From assembly GCA_051294375.1 (NCBI GenBank), contig JBJCIZ010000239.1:6298746-6362745 (forward strand): a stretch of 64,000 nucleotides of DNA, written 5' to 3'. Made by a program: the position numbers and the translations under genes. This DNA comes from Paraspadella gotoi (taxonomy: Eukaryota > Animalia > Chaetognatha). Shown piece by piece: positions 14,501 through 27,304 of this stretch (positions are counted from its first letter, which is position 1; every line of letters begins with the position of its first letter). The notes under the pieces are model-generated. The model saw only the letters and a program-made list of their open reading frames with translations. It had not been told where the DNA came from and did no database searches.

Positions 14501-16000
14501 CTGTTGCGCGTAATACAATACAGACATCATCCAACAATGAAAGAGAATAAATAGTTGACAATTTCGCTAGTCCAATTCAGAATTTTTGAAAAAAGTAAAA
14601 AGTCTGAACTATCCAAAACCAATCCATCAAGTGCCGGTTACACTTTCTCCGTAAACCAATCTTTTAACTTAAATAAATTATTTCCTCTGTTCAGCACGGA
14701 ATAGCATGTTCCTCAAAACTCGATGCGTGAACCAAGCTTCGATGGGCCGGTGAGACATATAAACAATAGATAAATAAACAAATAAATTAAATAAATAAAT
14801 AAATGAATGAATGAATGAGATGAATGAATGAATGAATGTAATTGAATGAATTGAATAAATAATAAATAAATAAATAAATAATAAATAATAAACCATAAAA
14901 ATGAAATAAATATTATAATTAAATAAATAATAATAATAATAAAATATAATAAAATAAAATATAATAAATATAATAAATAAATAAATATAATATCATAAAA
15001 AGAAGAAAAAACCTGCTCGCAAGAGAACCAACCAAGCTTATGTTTCCTTTCCTCGCCCCCCCCCCCCTTAAACGCAGAACCACCGATGCGCCCTCCATCG
15101 GCGGCGTCATCCTGCGACGCAGTCGACAATCAGCGAAGACGCCGACGACGACGGTACTCCGGGACGTCACCCCGTCATGAGTGACATGAAGAATAATTTC
15201 AAGGACGAGTCCAATTGGTAATGGTTTGCTCTCCTTTTCATTTCTGTTCCAGAACTTTAATTTTAAAATTAAAGTTAAACCTTTAACCCAATTCTAAGCC
15301 GTTTACCCTAATCCCCAGCTTTAATATCTCAAACCCTAATCCTCTTTACCCTTAAACCTAATCCCCTAACTTTGTAACCCTATTTTCAAATAAAAAAAAA
15401 ACGGATTCGATCCGAATTTTAAAATGATTATGGGGCGTTTGGAGGAAAATGAAAGTCCTGTATTTGTAATTATGTACGTATCATAACCTACTTTATATAC
15501 ACCCTAATATTATTCCATATTACCGTTTTATGACTGCTTCCTCCCTCCCTCCCTCCTTCCTCCCTCCTTTCCTCCCTTTCCTCCCTTCTTCTCTCCCTCC
15601 TCCCTCCTCCTTTCCTCCCTTCCTCCTCCCAGGGGGCGTGGCCATCGCTCTCTTCACGGCTGCCGTCCTCTTCGAATGGCGCAGAAACGAGAACTTCCAC
15701 GCCACCAACTTCGATCAGAGAACGAACAGAACGAGGCGACCGGATCAGTAATTGGTCTCATATATATCAGGTAGCTTTGATACAGGGGCGTGTATTAGGG
15801 TTAGTATTACAGGGACGTGCAGGAGAGGTAAGCAACCATTCGCAAAGTTAAACAGAAATATTAATAGTTTAGTTTTTAGTTAGTTTTAGTTAGTTTTTTA
15901 GTTCTTAGTTTTTTTAGTTTAAATATAAGCTTGCCACTTAAATCTCTTAACAATTTATCTTTCCCTCACCTTTCCCTCCCTCACCTTCCCCTCCCTCTCT

Positions 16001-16066
<66 letters not shown>

Positions 16067-16572
16067 CTCAGCACAAAAACATGAAACGCGTGTGAGACAC
16101 GCGTCGAGAGATTTACTTGAAAAACTGGAGGAGAAGAGGAATGAGAAAAAAGGAGGAAACGTGGTCGGCAGCTTGGCGCGGCGGCGTGCCGCGTCGGCAG
16201 CGCGGCGGCTGCTGCAGGCCGGTTCAAGCTTGCCTCTACCTGGCTGCGTCGCAAGCAGCTGCATTCGTTTCGGTTATACGGGCTGGGCCAGCGTCGAGGG
16301 TTTCCTCCTGGCCAAGCCGCGGAGGTCAAACCTTCAAAAAAGTCAACTGAGAATGAGGTATTTTTTTATGTTTTTGCTGTTTTTGCGTTTATGGGTTTTT
16401 TTTGGTTTTGTTGTTGTTTTTTTTTTTTTTTTTTATGTTTTTTTGAGAGTTTTTTTTGACGAAGATATATATATGTAGCTGGCATTTTTGTTTATAATAT
16501 TGCAATTTTTTTTAGACACTAAATCACGATGCTCGTTCGCTCGCTTAACTTACTCACTTTCTCAATAACTCA

Positions 16573-16603
<31 letters not shown>

Positions 16604-18400
16604 TCTTCTCTCTTCCTTCTCTCTCTCTCTCTCTCTCTCGTCTCTCTCTCTTTCCTCCCTCCCCCCCCGCGGAAATACTATTACATATAACTCACACACG
16701 CCTATTCACCCCCCCACCCCCTTTTTTTCCACAAGCCGCGTTTTCTCAACGACGGAAAATTCGTCTCGAACTTCGACGGCAGTTCGGTCCGAGGTTAAGT
16801 TAAAAAAGCGGAGGCCGAAAAGCATTGGATTGAGTATCTGGTTCAGTGTTTGGGTTCGAATTGAGAATTACAGATACGATTAATGGGACGACTTTCGGAA
16901 AAGATAGTGCCAAGCGGTTTTAAATCAAATAATAACCGTGCAAGAAACTTCTTTGCTAAGTTTAGCGATGGTTAGACTATATTATTATTGCGAGTTACGA
17001 ATGAGTCGGGAGTTCTTTACGACTTAAGGTATCAATAGTTATGTATCAAGACTAACAATATAAAATACTATACGCAAATGAATATAACATTTTCTTTCCC
17101 GCAGTTTGAAGAAGAAGAAAGCCGTTTTACCGATCCGACGACGGCGACGACGACGACGACGTCGAAATCTTGTCCGCCCAAGGCGGCCGCAGGTACGACC
17201 CTAATACCGATTGTTTCGGTATCGTCCGTTGGACTTACTTTTTTATCTCTACTGTTATTGAAATTTTTTTAAAAAAATTTCTTTGAACTAGTAAAGAATA
17301 ATCGTAATTGTGTTGATTACTGATACTATACTTAACATACCAAACTTATGAAAAAGACTTTGATTGATCTGGATCTTGCATATCTTGTAAGAGGGAATGG
17401 GAGGCCCTCAACCCAGCATAGTACCTGTCCGTTGTCATGAGCGAATACCTCAATTTATTAAATGAAAATAATTAAATAATTTTTGGTACCCGGTTTTACC
17501 TATTCATAAATGTTGTTCCTATATAATTAAGAATATTAAATTTGAACCAATATAAAAATTAAAAAGTTGACATTATTAATCCAATTTACTTTGGAGCAAG
17601 CTAGCTTTTTTTTAAAATTTATAAAGTTTCCATAAAGATTCTGCCACACTCCGGAGCAGCTGGCTTCACTATCTGTTGAAATGTTCTTGTGTCTATCGTG
17701 ATTGTTTGTATCCATGTTTAGAAACTGTTTTCAATTTTGTTAAAGGATAATATTAATAGAATTCAACTTAAGGCAATCTCGGAAATTCGTTTTTAACAAC
17801 ATTTTACAACAATTCGCCCTCACTTATACAGGTCGTCATTCTTCTAAACTACGAAAGCGTCATGCCGAATTTCTGGCCCTACGTCTCGCCTTCCTCACGC
17901 CCTCCTACATACTTCGTACACGGTCATGCAGCCTTCGAGGAACCTCTGGTTTACCGCTCCTTATCACAGTGAGTATGACGTTTGTAAGAATAAACATGGC
18001 ATGGGCAGCGGAGCATGCGCGACATTCGCCCCCTCTCCCACCCGAGCTTGCGACCAATAAAAAAAAGGGACTTCAGCGCATGCACGAAGCCATAATCGAC
18101 GTATTCATGAGGAAAGCAGGCGAACAATCCTCAGCGAAGAAAATAGGAAAACGTTGTTTTGCTCCAGTTTTTGTTATGCAAAAAATTTGTGGGTTTTTAT
18201 TTCGGGTCTTACGTGTTAAATGATTTTTTAATACTAATTTAATAATTAATTTTACCAATGATCACTTAGTGACTTTCTTCTTAACGAAAAAAATTATCTC
18301 TTCTCATTTCATAGCATTCTCTCTTTCGCTCTCTCTTTTTCTAATTTTTTAAAAAATTGGGTGATGTATTTATGTTCTGTTTTTCACGCATTCAGACTTC
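11265..18400 (+). pseudogene. TET: Indel-rich duplicate copy B of the TET 3' half (probable assembly artefact)
   Basis: Colinear with about 18470-25400 (offset about 7.2 kb), including introns and the same LTR insertion, but with many 1-bp indels breaking exons. Confidence 0.75.
14238..14512 (+). mobile_element. Solo LTR; noisy duplicate of the 21372 insertion
   Basis: Same flanks and sequence as 21372-21631 inside the duplicated block. Confidence 0.75.
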
Positions 18401-18411
18401 TCCGTCAAACC

Positions 18412-18442
<31 letters not shown>

Positions 18443-18489
18443 CTCTCTTCTCTCTCTCTTTCATCTCTCTCTTTTTTTCTCTTTAAAAG

Positions 18490-18617
18490 GGATGGAGCAT
18501 GGGAAAATGTGGAGCCTCGTTCTCCTTCGGTTGCGCGTGGAGCATGTACACCAACGGTTGCAAATACGCGCGAAGCAGAATTCCCAAAAAGTTTCGTTTG
18601 AACGAAAAAAACGATTG
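18490..18617 (+). CDS. TET: TET DNA-recognition-loop exon, variant B
   Basis: Reads [40 protein letters not shown]..., with an AAAAG acceptor and GTAAGT donor; 128 nt as written, 129 nt if the A-run has 8 As as in the copy near 5808. Confidence 0.85.
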
Positions 18618-18727
18618 GTAAGTGCGAAAGATTTAAAAAAAGGTAAGTTAAAGGGAAAGGACGACTCGTCGCGTGGATGAAAACGTGGAGAAGATGCCGT
18701 AAGGCAGAAGGCCTGATTCCGCTCTGC

Positions 18728-18774
<47 letters not shown>

Positions 18775-19018
18775 ATCTCTCTCTCTCTCTTTCTCCTCTT
18801 TTTATTATGAAAATAAAACATTTCTTTAATATTATAAAATTAAAATATGTCTAAATATATAATATGAGGAGACTAACTCCTTTGAAAATATTTCGTCTCT
18901 TTTTCCTTCTACCGCTCTCTCTCTTCTCTTCTCTCTCTCTCTCTCTCTCTCTCTTTCTTCTTCCTCTTCTCTCTCTCTCATATATACTTTACCCTCTCTG
19001 CTCTCCCTCTCCCTCCAG

Positions 19019-19234
19019 TCCGTGGAGGAGATCTGTTCCAAACAGTATCGACTCGAGGAAGACCTCGTCCGCAAATGGGAGGAGCTGGACGACGCTGAAA
19101 AGGAGCAGCAGCGCCGCATCAAAAAATCGACCTTACCCGATCTGGAGGAAGAGATCGAGGCCAGGCTGCAGAATCTCGCCACTTACCTGGCGCCGGTTTA
19201 TTCGAAATACGTGCCAGAGGCTTATCTCAATATG
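19019..19234 (+). CDS. TET: TET exon (...EEEIEARLQNLATYLAPVYSKYVPEAYLNM)
   Basis: 216 nt, phase 0-0, CAG/GTGAG boundaries; the C-terminal part matches TET LQNLxTxxAPxYxxxxPxAYxN. Confidence 0.92.
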
Positions 19235-19255
19235 GTGAGGGAAATTGTGGGAATG

Positions 19256-19294
<39 letters not shown>

Positions 19295-19328
19295 CAGAGC
19301 ATTTGACTCCATTTCACCTCCTTCACAG

Positions 19329-19599
19329 GTCAACACGGAGCAAGTCGCTCCCCACTGCCGCCTCGGCGAACTGCCCGGGCGACCCTTCGCCGGCGTCACC
19401 GCCTGCATGGACTTTTGCGCTCACGCCCACAAGGATATCCACAACATGAACAACGGGTTGACCACAGTGGTCACCCTGACCCGGCATCGCGGCCTCTCCA
19501 AACCGGACATGGAGCAGCTGCACACGCTGCCGCTTTACGTTCCGGAACCGACGGACGAGTTCGGGAGCGAGGAGGCGCAAAAGGCCAAGATCGCCGCGG
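19329..19599 (+). CDS. TET: TET DSBH exon with the Fe(II)-binding HxD motif
   Basis: Reads [81 protein letters not shown], the canonical DFCAHxHxD...EQLHxLPLY...DEFGS. Confidence 0.97.
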
Positions 19600-19803
19600 G
19601 TAAGTTAAGGGGAGGGGGGAGTATGTTTTTATCTTTCCTTCCTTTCGTTTTTTTTTCGTTTTTCGCTTTATCGTTTTTCGTTTTTTTTTTCTTTCCAATT
19701 TTCTTTCTTTCCTTTTTTTTCCTTGTTTCTTTCTTTACTTCTTTTTTTATTTCTTTCATCAAAACCTAAATATCCTTACCCAATCCAAACCTCACTCCCA
19801 CAG

Positions 19804-19955
19804 GGTCATTCGAATGCCTTACCAAATACCCCACCGAGGTAAGGATACGCGCCGTCCCCATGACGCCCTGCAAGCGGCGCAAGAAGACAGAGGACGGGAA
19901 GAGCCCTACCCCTGGTAAGGGCCGAGGCCGTCCGCCGGGACTATCCCCCAGCAAG
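19804..19955 (+). CDS. TET: TET exon leading into the low-complexity insert
   Basis: Reads GSFECLTKYPTEVRIRAVPMTPCKRRKKTEDGKSPTPGKGRGRPPGLSPSK; CAG/GTAAG boundaries. Confidence 0.85.
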
Positions 19956-20080
19956 GTAAGGAAGGTGGAGAAAGGGTTTTTGGGTGGGTTTGGCTTTAAC
20001 TTCCTAACGAACTTACCTTTTTGACCCTTTTATTTTTTATACCCGTTTTCTTTCTTTCTTTCTTTCTATCTTTCTTTCTT

Positions 20081-20113
<33 letters not shown>

Positions 20114-20786
20114 TTTACTTTCTTTCCTTTCTTTCTCTTCTTTTCCTTCTCCTCTCCCCCTTTTCCTCCAAGGCGGAGAAGGCGATGCGCATCTCCTCAG
20201 GTCTCATGGCCTCCATGGGACTCACTTCCAAACCGCCCGTCGACTCCAAACTTCATCCGAGCGATCGGGCGGCGGAGGAGCGGCTCGTCTCGTCCTCCAG
20301 CGACGGCGGCGGCGGTAGCGGCAGCGGCGGTCAATTCGGGCACGCTTTTAACATGTGAGTCGAGTCGTTGTTGTTTTTACTCAGTCTCTCTCTCTCTCTC
20401 TCTTTTTTTACATTTATTGCTCTTATTAATTCATTCATTGCGTTTATTTCGGTAGATCCGTCAGCCAGCAAGAGTCAAGTTTCCCTTCTCAGCAAAATCC
20501 TTCCTCGGTAGGTGGCAATTAACATTGATTAAATGACTTAAATCCTGAGAAATAAATAATAAAAAATTCTCTATTTTCAGAGCTCGTTTTAAGTTACATC
20601 CGTTTAATGTTTTTCTTCACGATCATGTACAAATGATGTTTAAATTTATTTGTTTTTTAAACCCTTTTTCTGAGATAAGAAAAGTTTTCTTTGTTTTCAC
20701 AACGAAATATTAATGAAAAAATCACAGACATGTTTCGGTCTTAATTTAACTCTTTTTCCATAAATTAAATAGTTTTTCGAGCTCTC

Positions 20787-21084
20787 TTTTCCAAGAGCGC
20801 CCCATTTCTGTTCCTTTATCCCGTAATTTCATTTTAACTTTAATATTTTGCTTAAATATATTCAACTTATAACCCAACCATAAACCTTTTCCCTAACCTT
20901 AATCCCAAACCTTAACGTAATCCTAAACCTTAACCTTAAACCCTAGTCCCTAATCCTAATCCCTAACCTTAATCTCTAACTCAACCCCTCACCTTAATCC
21001 TTAACCCTTAGCTTCAACCTAATCTTTAATCTAAAAAATTCATCTAATTTTAAATTTTTGATAAAAAGGGTCGTTCTGGGAAAA
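20787..21084. mobile_element. MITE-like element with degenerate (CCCTAA)n interior
   Basis: Starts TTTTCCAAGAGCGCCCCATT, ends TCGTTCTGGGAAAA; interior resembles telomeric repeats; same family as 57332-57630. Confidence 0.55.
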
Positions 21085-21371
21085 TAAGGCTATTCATCTT
21101 TCTCGCTACGAATTAACTAAATGTTTTTCCTTTCTTAGACCGTCGCCTTCTCGGCGGCCAACTCGACCGCCAACGCTTACCCGTTAACGCAGGCATTCGG
21201 CGCCTTTCCAGATTCCAATGGACAACCTTTCGCCTGGGGGCGGCCGCCTCAGAGGTAACTTCCTTGCTCACGCCAATATTTATTTAGTATTACTGTATTT
21301 ACTATTTACTATTTAGTTTATGTATTAAACTTTTATTGATAAATAGTTATTTCATATCAAAAGTTAGATAC

Positions 21372-21631
21372 TGTTGCGATATATTCATACCGCCTCAGTC
21401 CATTACCTTTCGGCAAATACCATTGACTCAGAGGGGGAACCGAAACGCACCATCCCAGGCGTAGTGTTCCATCCACAGTCCGCACGACTTCCCTCTGCGT
21501 TGGCAAAGCGAGACCGTCCGAGGGTAACCGCGCCAGTGACTGGATGCGTCACTGAGGGTCGGAAGACTCCAAAGCTAACAGTCGATTGCCCCATCCCAAT
21601 GGGCATCATAGTCAACCCGGCTGTTGCCGTA
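21372..21631 (+). mobile_element. Solo LTR (more diverged copy) in a TET intron
   Basis: TGTTGCG...GTTGCCGTA, the reverse complement of the 55208-55462 repeat; TSD ATAC at 21368-21371 and 21632-21635. Confidence 0.85.
21499..21579 (+). ncRNA. Type-P5 twister-like ribozyme, probably decayed (L4 AAGC changed to AAGA)
   Basis: GTTGGC AAA GCGA GA CCG TCCGAGGG TAA CCGC GC CAGTGAC..GTCACTG A GGG TCGG AAGA CTC CAAA GCTAAC. Confidence 0.6.
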
Positions 21632-21889
21632 ATACAATTACAGACATCATCCACAATGAAAGAGAATAATAGTGACAATTTCGCTAGTCCAATTCAGAAT
21701 TTTGAAAAAAAGTAAAAGTCTGAATATCCAAAACAATCCATCAAGTGCCGTACACTTTCTCCGTAACCAATCTTTAACTTAAATAAATTATTTTCCTCTT
21801 TCAGCACGAATAGCATGTTCGCTCAAAACTCGATGGTGAACCAAGCTTCGATGGCCGGTGAGACATATAACAATAGATAAATAAACAAA

Positions 21890-21920
<31 letters not shown>

Positions 21921-21965
21921 ATGAATGAATGAATGAATGAATGAATGAATGTATGAATGAATGAA

Positions 21966-22008
<43 letters not shown>

Positions 22009-22191
22009 ACCATAAAAATGAATAAATATAATAATAAATAAATAATAATAATAATAAAATATAATAAAATAAAATATAATAAATATAATAAATAAATAAA
22101 TATAAATATCATAAAAAAGAAGAAAAACCTGCTCGCAAGAGAACCAACCAAGTTATGCTTCCTTTCCTCGCCCCCCCCCCTTAAACGGCAG

Positions 22192-22326
22192 AACCACCGA
22201 TGCGCCCTCCATCGGCGGCGTCATCCTGCGACGCGTCGACAATCAGCGAAGACGCCGACGACGACGGTCTCCGGGACGTCACCGTCATGAGTGACAATGA
22301 AGATAATTTCAAGGACGAGTCAATTG
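22192..22326 (+). CDS. TET: TET exon ending the insert (...DVTVMSDNEDNFKDESI)
   Basis: Matches TET SDxExxFxDxxIG; GTAAGT donor. Confidence 0.85.
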
Positions 22327-22721
22327 GTAAGTTGCTCTCTTTTCATTTCTGTTCCAGAACTTAATTTTAAAATTAAAGTTAAACCTTTAACCCAATTTCT
22401 AGCCGTTTACCCTAATCCCCAGCTTTAATATCTAACCCTAATCCTTTTACCCTTAAACCTAATCCCTAACCTTTAACCCTATTTTCAAATAAAAAAAAAA
22501 ACGGATTCGATTCCGAATTTTAAAATGATATGGGGCGTTTTGGGAAAAGAAGTCCTGTATTGTAATTATGTACGTTCTACCTCTTTTTTACCCTTTTATT
22601 CCAATATTACCGTTTTATTGACTGCTCCTCCCTCCCTCCCTCCTTCCTCCCTCCTTTCCTCCCTTCCTCCCTTCTTCCTCTCCCTCCCTCCCTTCCTCCT
22701 TTCCTCCCTTCCTCCTCCCAG

Positions 22722-22852
22722 GGGGCGTGGCCATCGCTCTCTCTCACGGCTCCGTCCTCTTCGAATGCGCAAAACGAGAACTTCACGCCACAACTTCGAT
22801 CAGAGAACCGAACAGAACGAGGCCGACCAGGATCAGTTTGGTCTTTTATCAG
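22722..22852 (+). CDS. TET: TET C-terminal DSBH exon with the distal Fe His and 2-oxoglutarate-binding RxS
   Basis: Reads [44 protein letters not shown]; the next exon at 23157 begins HKNMN. Confidence 0.97.
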
Positions 22853-23120
22853 GTAGCTTGATACAGGGGCGTGTATAGGGTTAGATTACAGGGACGTGCA
22901 GAGAGGTAAGCACCTTTCGCAAAGTAAAAAGAAATATTAATAGTTAGTTTTTAGTTAGTTTTAGTTAGTTTTAGTTAGTTTTTAGTTTAAATATAAGCTT
23001 GCCACTTAAATCTCTTAACAATTTTATCTTTCCCTCACCTTTCCCTCCCTCACCTTCCCCTCCCTCTCTCTCTTCTCTCTCTCTCCCCCTTCTCCTCTCT
23101 CTCTTCTCTCTCTCTCTCTC

Positions 23121-23154
<34 letters not shown>

Positions 23155-25408
23155 AGCACAAAAACATGAACGCGTGTGAGACACGCGTCGAGAGAATTTA
23201 CTTGAAAAACTGGAGGAGAAGAGAAGAGAAAAAAGGAGGAACGTGAGTCGGCGCTGGCGCGGCGGCGCTGCCGCGTCGGCAGCGGCGGCGGCTGCTGCAG
23301 CGTCAGCTGCCTCTACTGCTGCGTCGGCAGCAGCTGCATCGTCGTCGGGCTGCAGCGTCGACGGGTTTCCTCCGGCAAGCCGGAGGTCAAACCTCAAAGT
23401 CAAAACTGGTGAGGTTTTTTTTTGTGTTTTGCTGTTTTGCTGTTTGTTTTTTTTGGTTTTGTTGTTGTTTTTTTTTTTTTTTTTTTGTTTTTTTGAGAGT
23501 TTTTTTTGACGAAGATATATATATGTAGCTGGCATTTTGTTTATAATATGCAATTTTTTTTAGACACTAAATCACGATGCTCGTTCGCTCGCTTACTTAC
23601 TCACTTTCTCAATAACTCATTCTCTCTCTCTCTTCTCTCTCTCTCTTCTCTCTTCTCTCTCTCGCTTCTTCTTCTCTCTCTCTCTCGTCTCTCTCTCTTC
23701 TCCTCCCACCGCGGATATATTTGCATTCTCACCACGGCCTAATCTCACCCCCCCACCCCCCTTTTTTTCCACAGAGCCGCGTTTTCTCAACGACGGAAAA
23801 TTCGTCTCGAACCTTCGACGGCAGTTCGGTCGAGGTTAAGTTAAAAAAGCGGAGGCCGAAAGCATTTGGTTGAGTATCTGGTTCAGTGTTTGGGTCGAAA
23901 TTGAGAATTAGATACGATAATGGGACGCTTTCGGAAGATAGTGCCAACGGTTTAAATCAAAATAATACCGTGCAAGAACTTCTTTGCTAAGTTTAGCGAT
24001 GTTAGACATATATATTAATGCGAGTTACGAATGAGTCGAGTTCTTTACGACTTAAGATATCAATTAGTTAATTATCAAGACTAACAATTAAAATTACTAT
24101 ACGCAATGATTAACATTTCTTTCCCGCAGTTTGAAGAAGACAGAAAAGCCGTTTTACGATCCGACGACGACGACGACGACGACGACGTCGAAAAACCTTT
24201 GTCCGCCCAAGGCGCCGCAGGTACGAACCCTATTGCTCACCGATCGTTTCGTCCGGTCGTTGACTTACTTTTTTATGCTCTACTGTATGAAATTTTTTAA
24301 AAAAATTCTTTGAACTAGTAAAGAATAATCGTATGTGTATACTATACTATACTTAACATACCAAACTATGAAAAAGACTTTGATTGATCTGGATCTTGCT
24401 ATATCTTGTAAGAGGGATGAAGGCCTGAACCCAGCATAGCCTGTCCGTTGTCATGAGCGAAATACCTCAATTTATTAAATGAAAATTAATTAATAATTTT
24501 TGTACCGGTTTTACCTATTTCATAAATGTTGTTCCTTATAAATTAAGTATATAAATTTGAACCAATATAAAATTATTGAATTATTATCCATTACTTTGGA
24601 CAAGCTAAGCACTTTTTTAAAATTATAAGTTTTCCATAAAGATTCTGCCACACTCCCGGGAGCAGCTGGCTTCACTATCTGTGAATGTTCTATGTTCTAT
24701 CTGTGATTGTTGTATGATGTTTTAGGAACTGTTTCAATTTTGTTTAAGGATATATTAATAGATTTCAACTTAAGCAATCTCGGAAATTCGTTTTACAACA
24801 TTTACAACAATTCGCCCTTCACTATACAGGCGTCATCTTTAAACTACGAAAGCGTCATGCCCGAATTTCTGCCCTACGTCTCGCCTTCCCTCACGCCCCC
24901 TACATACTCGTACACGGTCATGCAGCCTTTCGAGGAACCTCTGGTCACCGGTCCTTATCACAGATGGATATGACGTTGAAGAATAAACATGGCATGGCAG
25001 CGGAGCCATGCGCGACATCCGCCCCCTCCCCCACCGACGCTTGGACAATAAAAAAAAGGGACTTTAGCGATGCACGAACGCATAATGACGTATCATGGAA
25101 AAGCGCGAACAATCTCAGCGAAGAAAATAGGAAAACGTTTGTTTTGCTCCAGTTTTTGTTATGCAAAATTTGTGGGTTTTTATTTGGTCTTACGGTTAAA
25201 GATTTTTTAATATATTTAATAATTAATTTTACATGATCATTAGTAGACTTTTTTCTAACGAAAAAATTATTTTCTCATTTCATAGCATTTCTCTCTTTCG
25301 CTCTCTCTTTTTCTATTTATAAAAAATTGGGTGATTATTTATGTTCATGTTTTCACGCATTCATTGACTTCTTCGTCAACCCCGCTCTCTCTCTCTCTCT
25401 TGCTCTCA

Positions 25409-25468
<60 letters not shown>

Positions 25469-26330
25469 TCTCTTTCTCTCCCTCTCTCGACTGTGCTAAG
25501 TCTATTTATTATTAGCTAAATACGTTACACTCGTTGCATTTATGGGTAATAATCGTTTGTTTATTTGTTTTTTTCTTTAATCGTAGGATGAATTTTATTG
25601 CATTGATATTTGATCTTTAGTTCCAATATGATCCTACACATGAAACAATGGTTTGTTGATTTCTTGTTGTTCAGTTTTTTTATTCATACCTATAAGCAGT
25701 TTTTGAAATATTTGTACATTATCTCATTTTTAGGTCACGAATATTCGTGTGAATTAATATAACTTAATATATATTCTCCATGACACTGATTAGTACGTTT
25801 GGCCATAAAAACATAGAGATCAGATTAAATAACAATGGCAGACTTTGGTTACCTGGATGTACTTAACCAGCGAAATTTCAAACTTTTAGCTATGAAAGTT
25901 TAATTTGGTCATGATTTTCAAAACGCCCCATTTCGAAATAAATTCGAAATTAGGTTAGTTTTTTATTAAATTAGTACAACTAATATAAAAAATTATCTAT
26001 TAATTTAATAAATAGGCTATCTTGATCAGATATTAGCGTCAATGATATGGGGCGTTTTCGCAAAATAGCGCCGGTTATGACTCTTTCTCCGCGTTCTTCT
26101 TAGCGATGATCCTTTGATACAATCGACTTTGCAACCATTTGTGATTCGCATCTTTTTCACGTGATTTATTTTCGTCGTCGCTTTCGTTTTTTTGACACCG
26201 TTGCTTCGCTCGTCGGAAGATGCTTAAGATTCTCTGGAAATGGTAAGGGAGGAGAGAGAGAGAGAGAGAGAGACATTGAGAGATGGACGGATAAAAGTCC
26301 TAATTTTAGATCAACTCAATATTTACTTAC

Positions 26331-26447
26331 CTGTAATCGAGGAAGTAGGTTAAAAGGCGGCGGGAGAACAGTCCCGTGCTCCACCGACTGCCAGATAAAA
26401 CACGCGCGAGAGAATTTCCATTCACGATCGCTGTTTCTCAACGTGTC
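26331..26447 (-). CDS. TRPC-like channel, TRP-box exon
   Basis: Reads DTLRNSDREWKFSRACFIWQSVEHGTVLPPPFNLLPRLQ (TRP box EWKFAR-like plus LPPPFN). Confidence 0.92.
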
Positions 26448-26592
26448 CTTTAAAGCCGGGTGTGCGAAGAATGAATTAGGGATCGACGGACATATTATTG
26501 GTCAACTTTTTTTTTGAGAGCTAGGTGTGCAACGGAATAAAATAATAGTACAATCGATATACAAAGGTTATTTATCATTTAGGCTGGAGGAG

Positions 26593-26631
<39 letters not shown>

Positions 26632-26633
26632 AA

Positions 26634-26910
26634 CCTGAAAGGATTGCCCCATTTTGGCGACGAGAACGTTCATCATAAGCACCACCAGCAGAGCGTGATG
26701 GAGCGCGCTGATGGAGTAGCCGAAGAACTCGGTCGCCTCGTGGGCGTTGGACTCGATGTCGAAGGGAAGTCGGAGGCGGAACTCGTCGACGATCCGCTGG
26801 AAGGTGGCGTTGGTGAGCGTCGGATGGCAGAGTAAGTTGCGGAGGTGAGTCATCGTCGGTTCCGGGAAGAGTCGACCGTCCGAGTCGCGAAGATTTGGGA
26901 CGTAGACCTT
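26634..26910 (-). CDS. TRPC-like channel, pore-to-S6 exon
   Basis: Ends HEATEFFGYSISALHHALLVVLMMNVLVAKMGQSFQ, similar to TRPC S6 VLLNMLIAMMxxSYQ. Confidence 0.85.
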
Positions 26911-27304
26911 CCAGGTGTAAAGCGAAGTGAAAATTGTAAATTTAACATTAAATACAATTGTAAAGGAATAGTAAGTAAGGAATAAACAACTCATGAACAT
27001 TAATTTATAAAATATAATTTTATTATAAATTTGTAATTTACGCATTAGGCTTTATTTAACCATATGAATGTTTAAATTTCATAACAGCCTTTTTTTNNNN
27101 NNNNNNNNNNNNNNNNNNNNNNNNNNNNNNNNNNNNNNNNNNNNNNNNNNNNNNNNNNNNNNNNNNNNNNNNNNNNNNNNNNNNNNNNNNNNNNNNNNNN
27201 NNNNNNNNNNNNNNNNNNNNNNNNNNNNNNNNNNNNNNNNNNNNNNNNNNNNNNNNNNNNNNNNNNNNNNNNNNNNNNNNNNNNNNNNNNNNNNNNNNNN
27301 NNNN

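Noticed and set aside
20890-21030. True telomere or chromosome fusion site
   Set aside because: Repeats are degenerate, short, dispersed at many sites and bracketed by a TIR-like motif
3400-25400. Real three-gene TET cluster
   Set aside because: Near-identical introns with random single-base indels and partial overlapping coverage point to assembly redundancy
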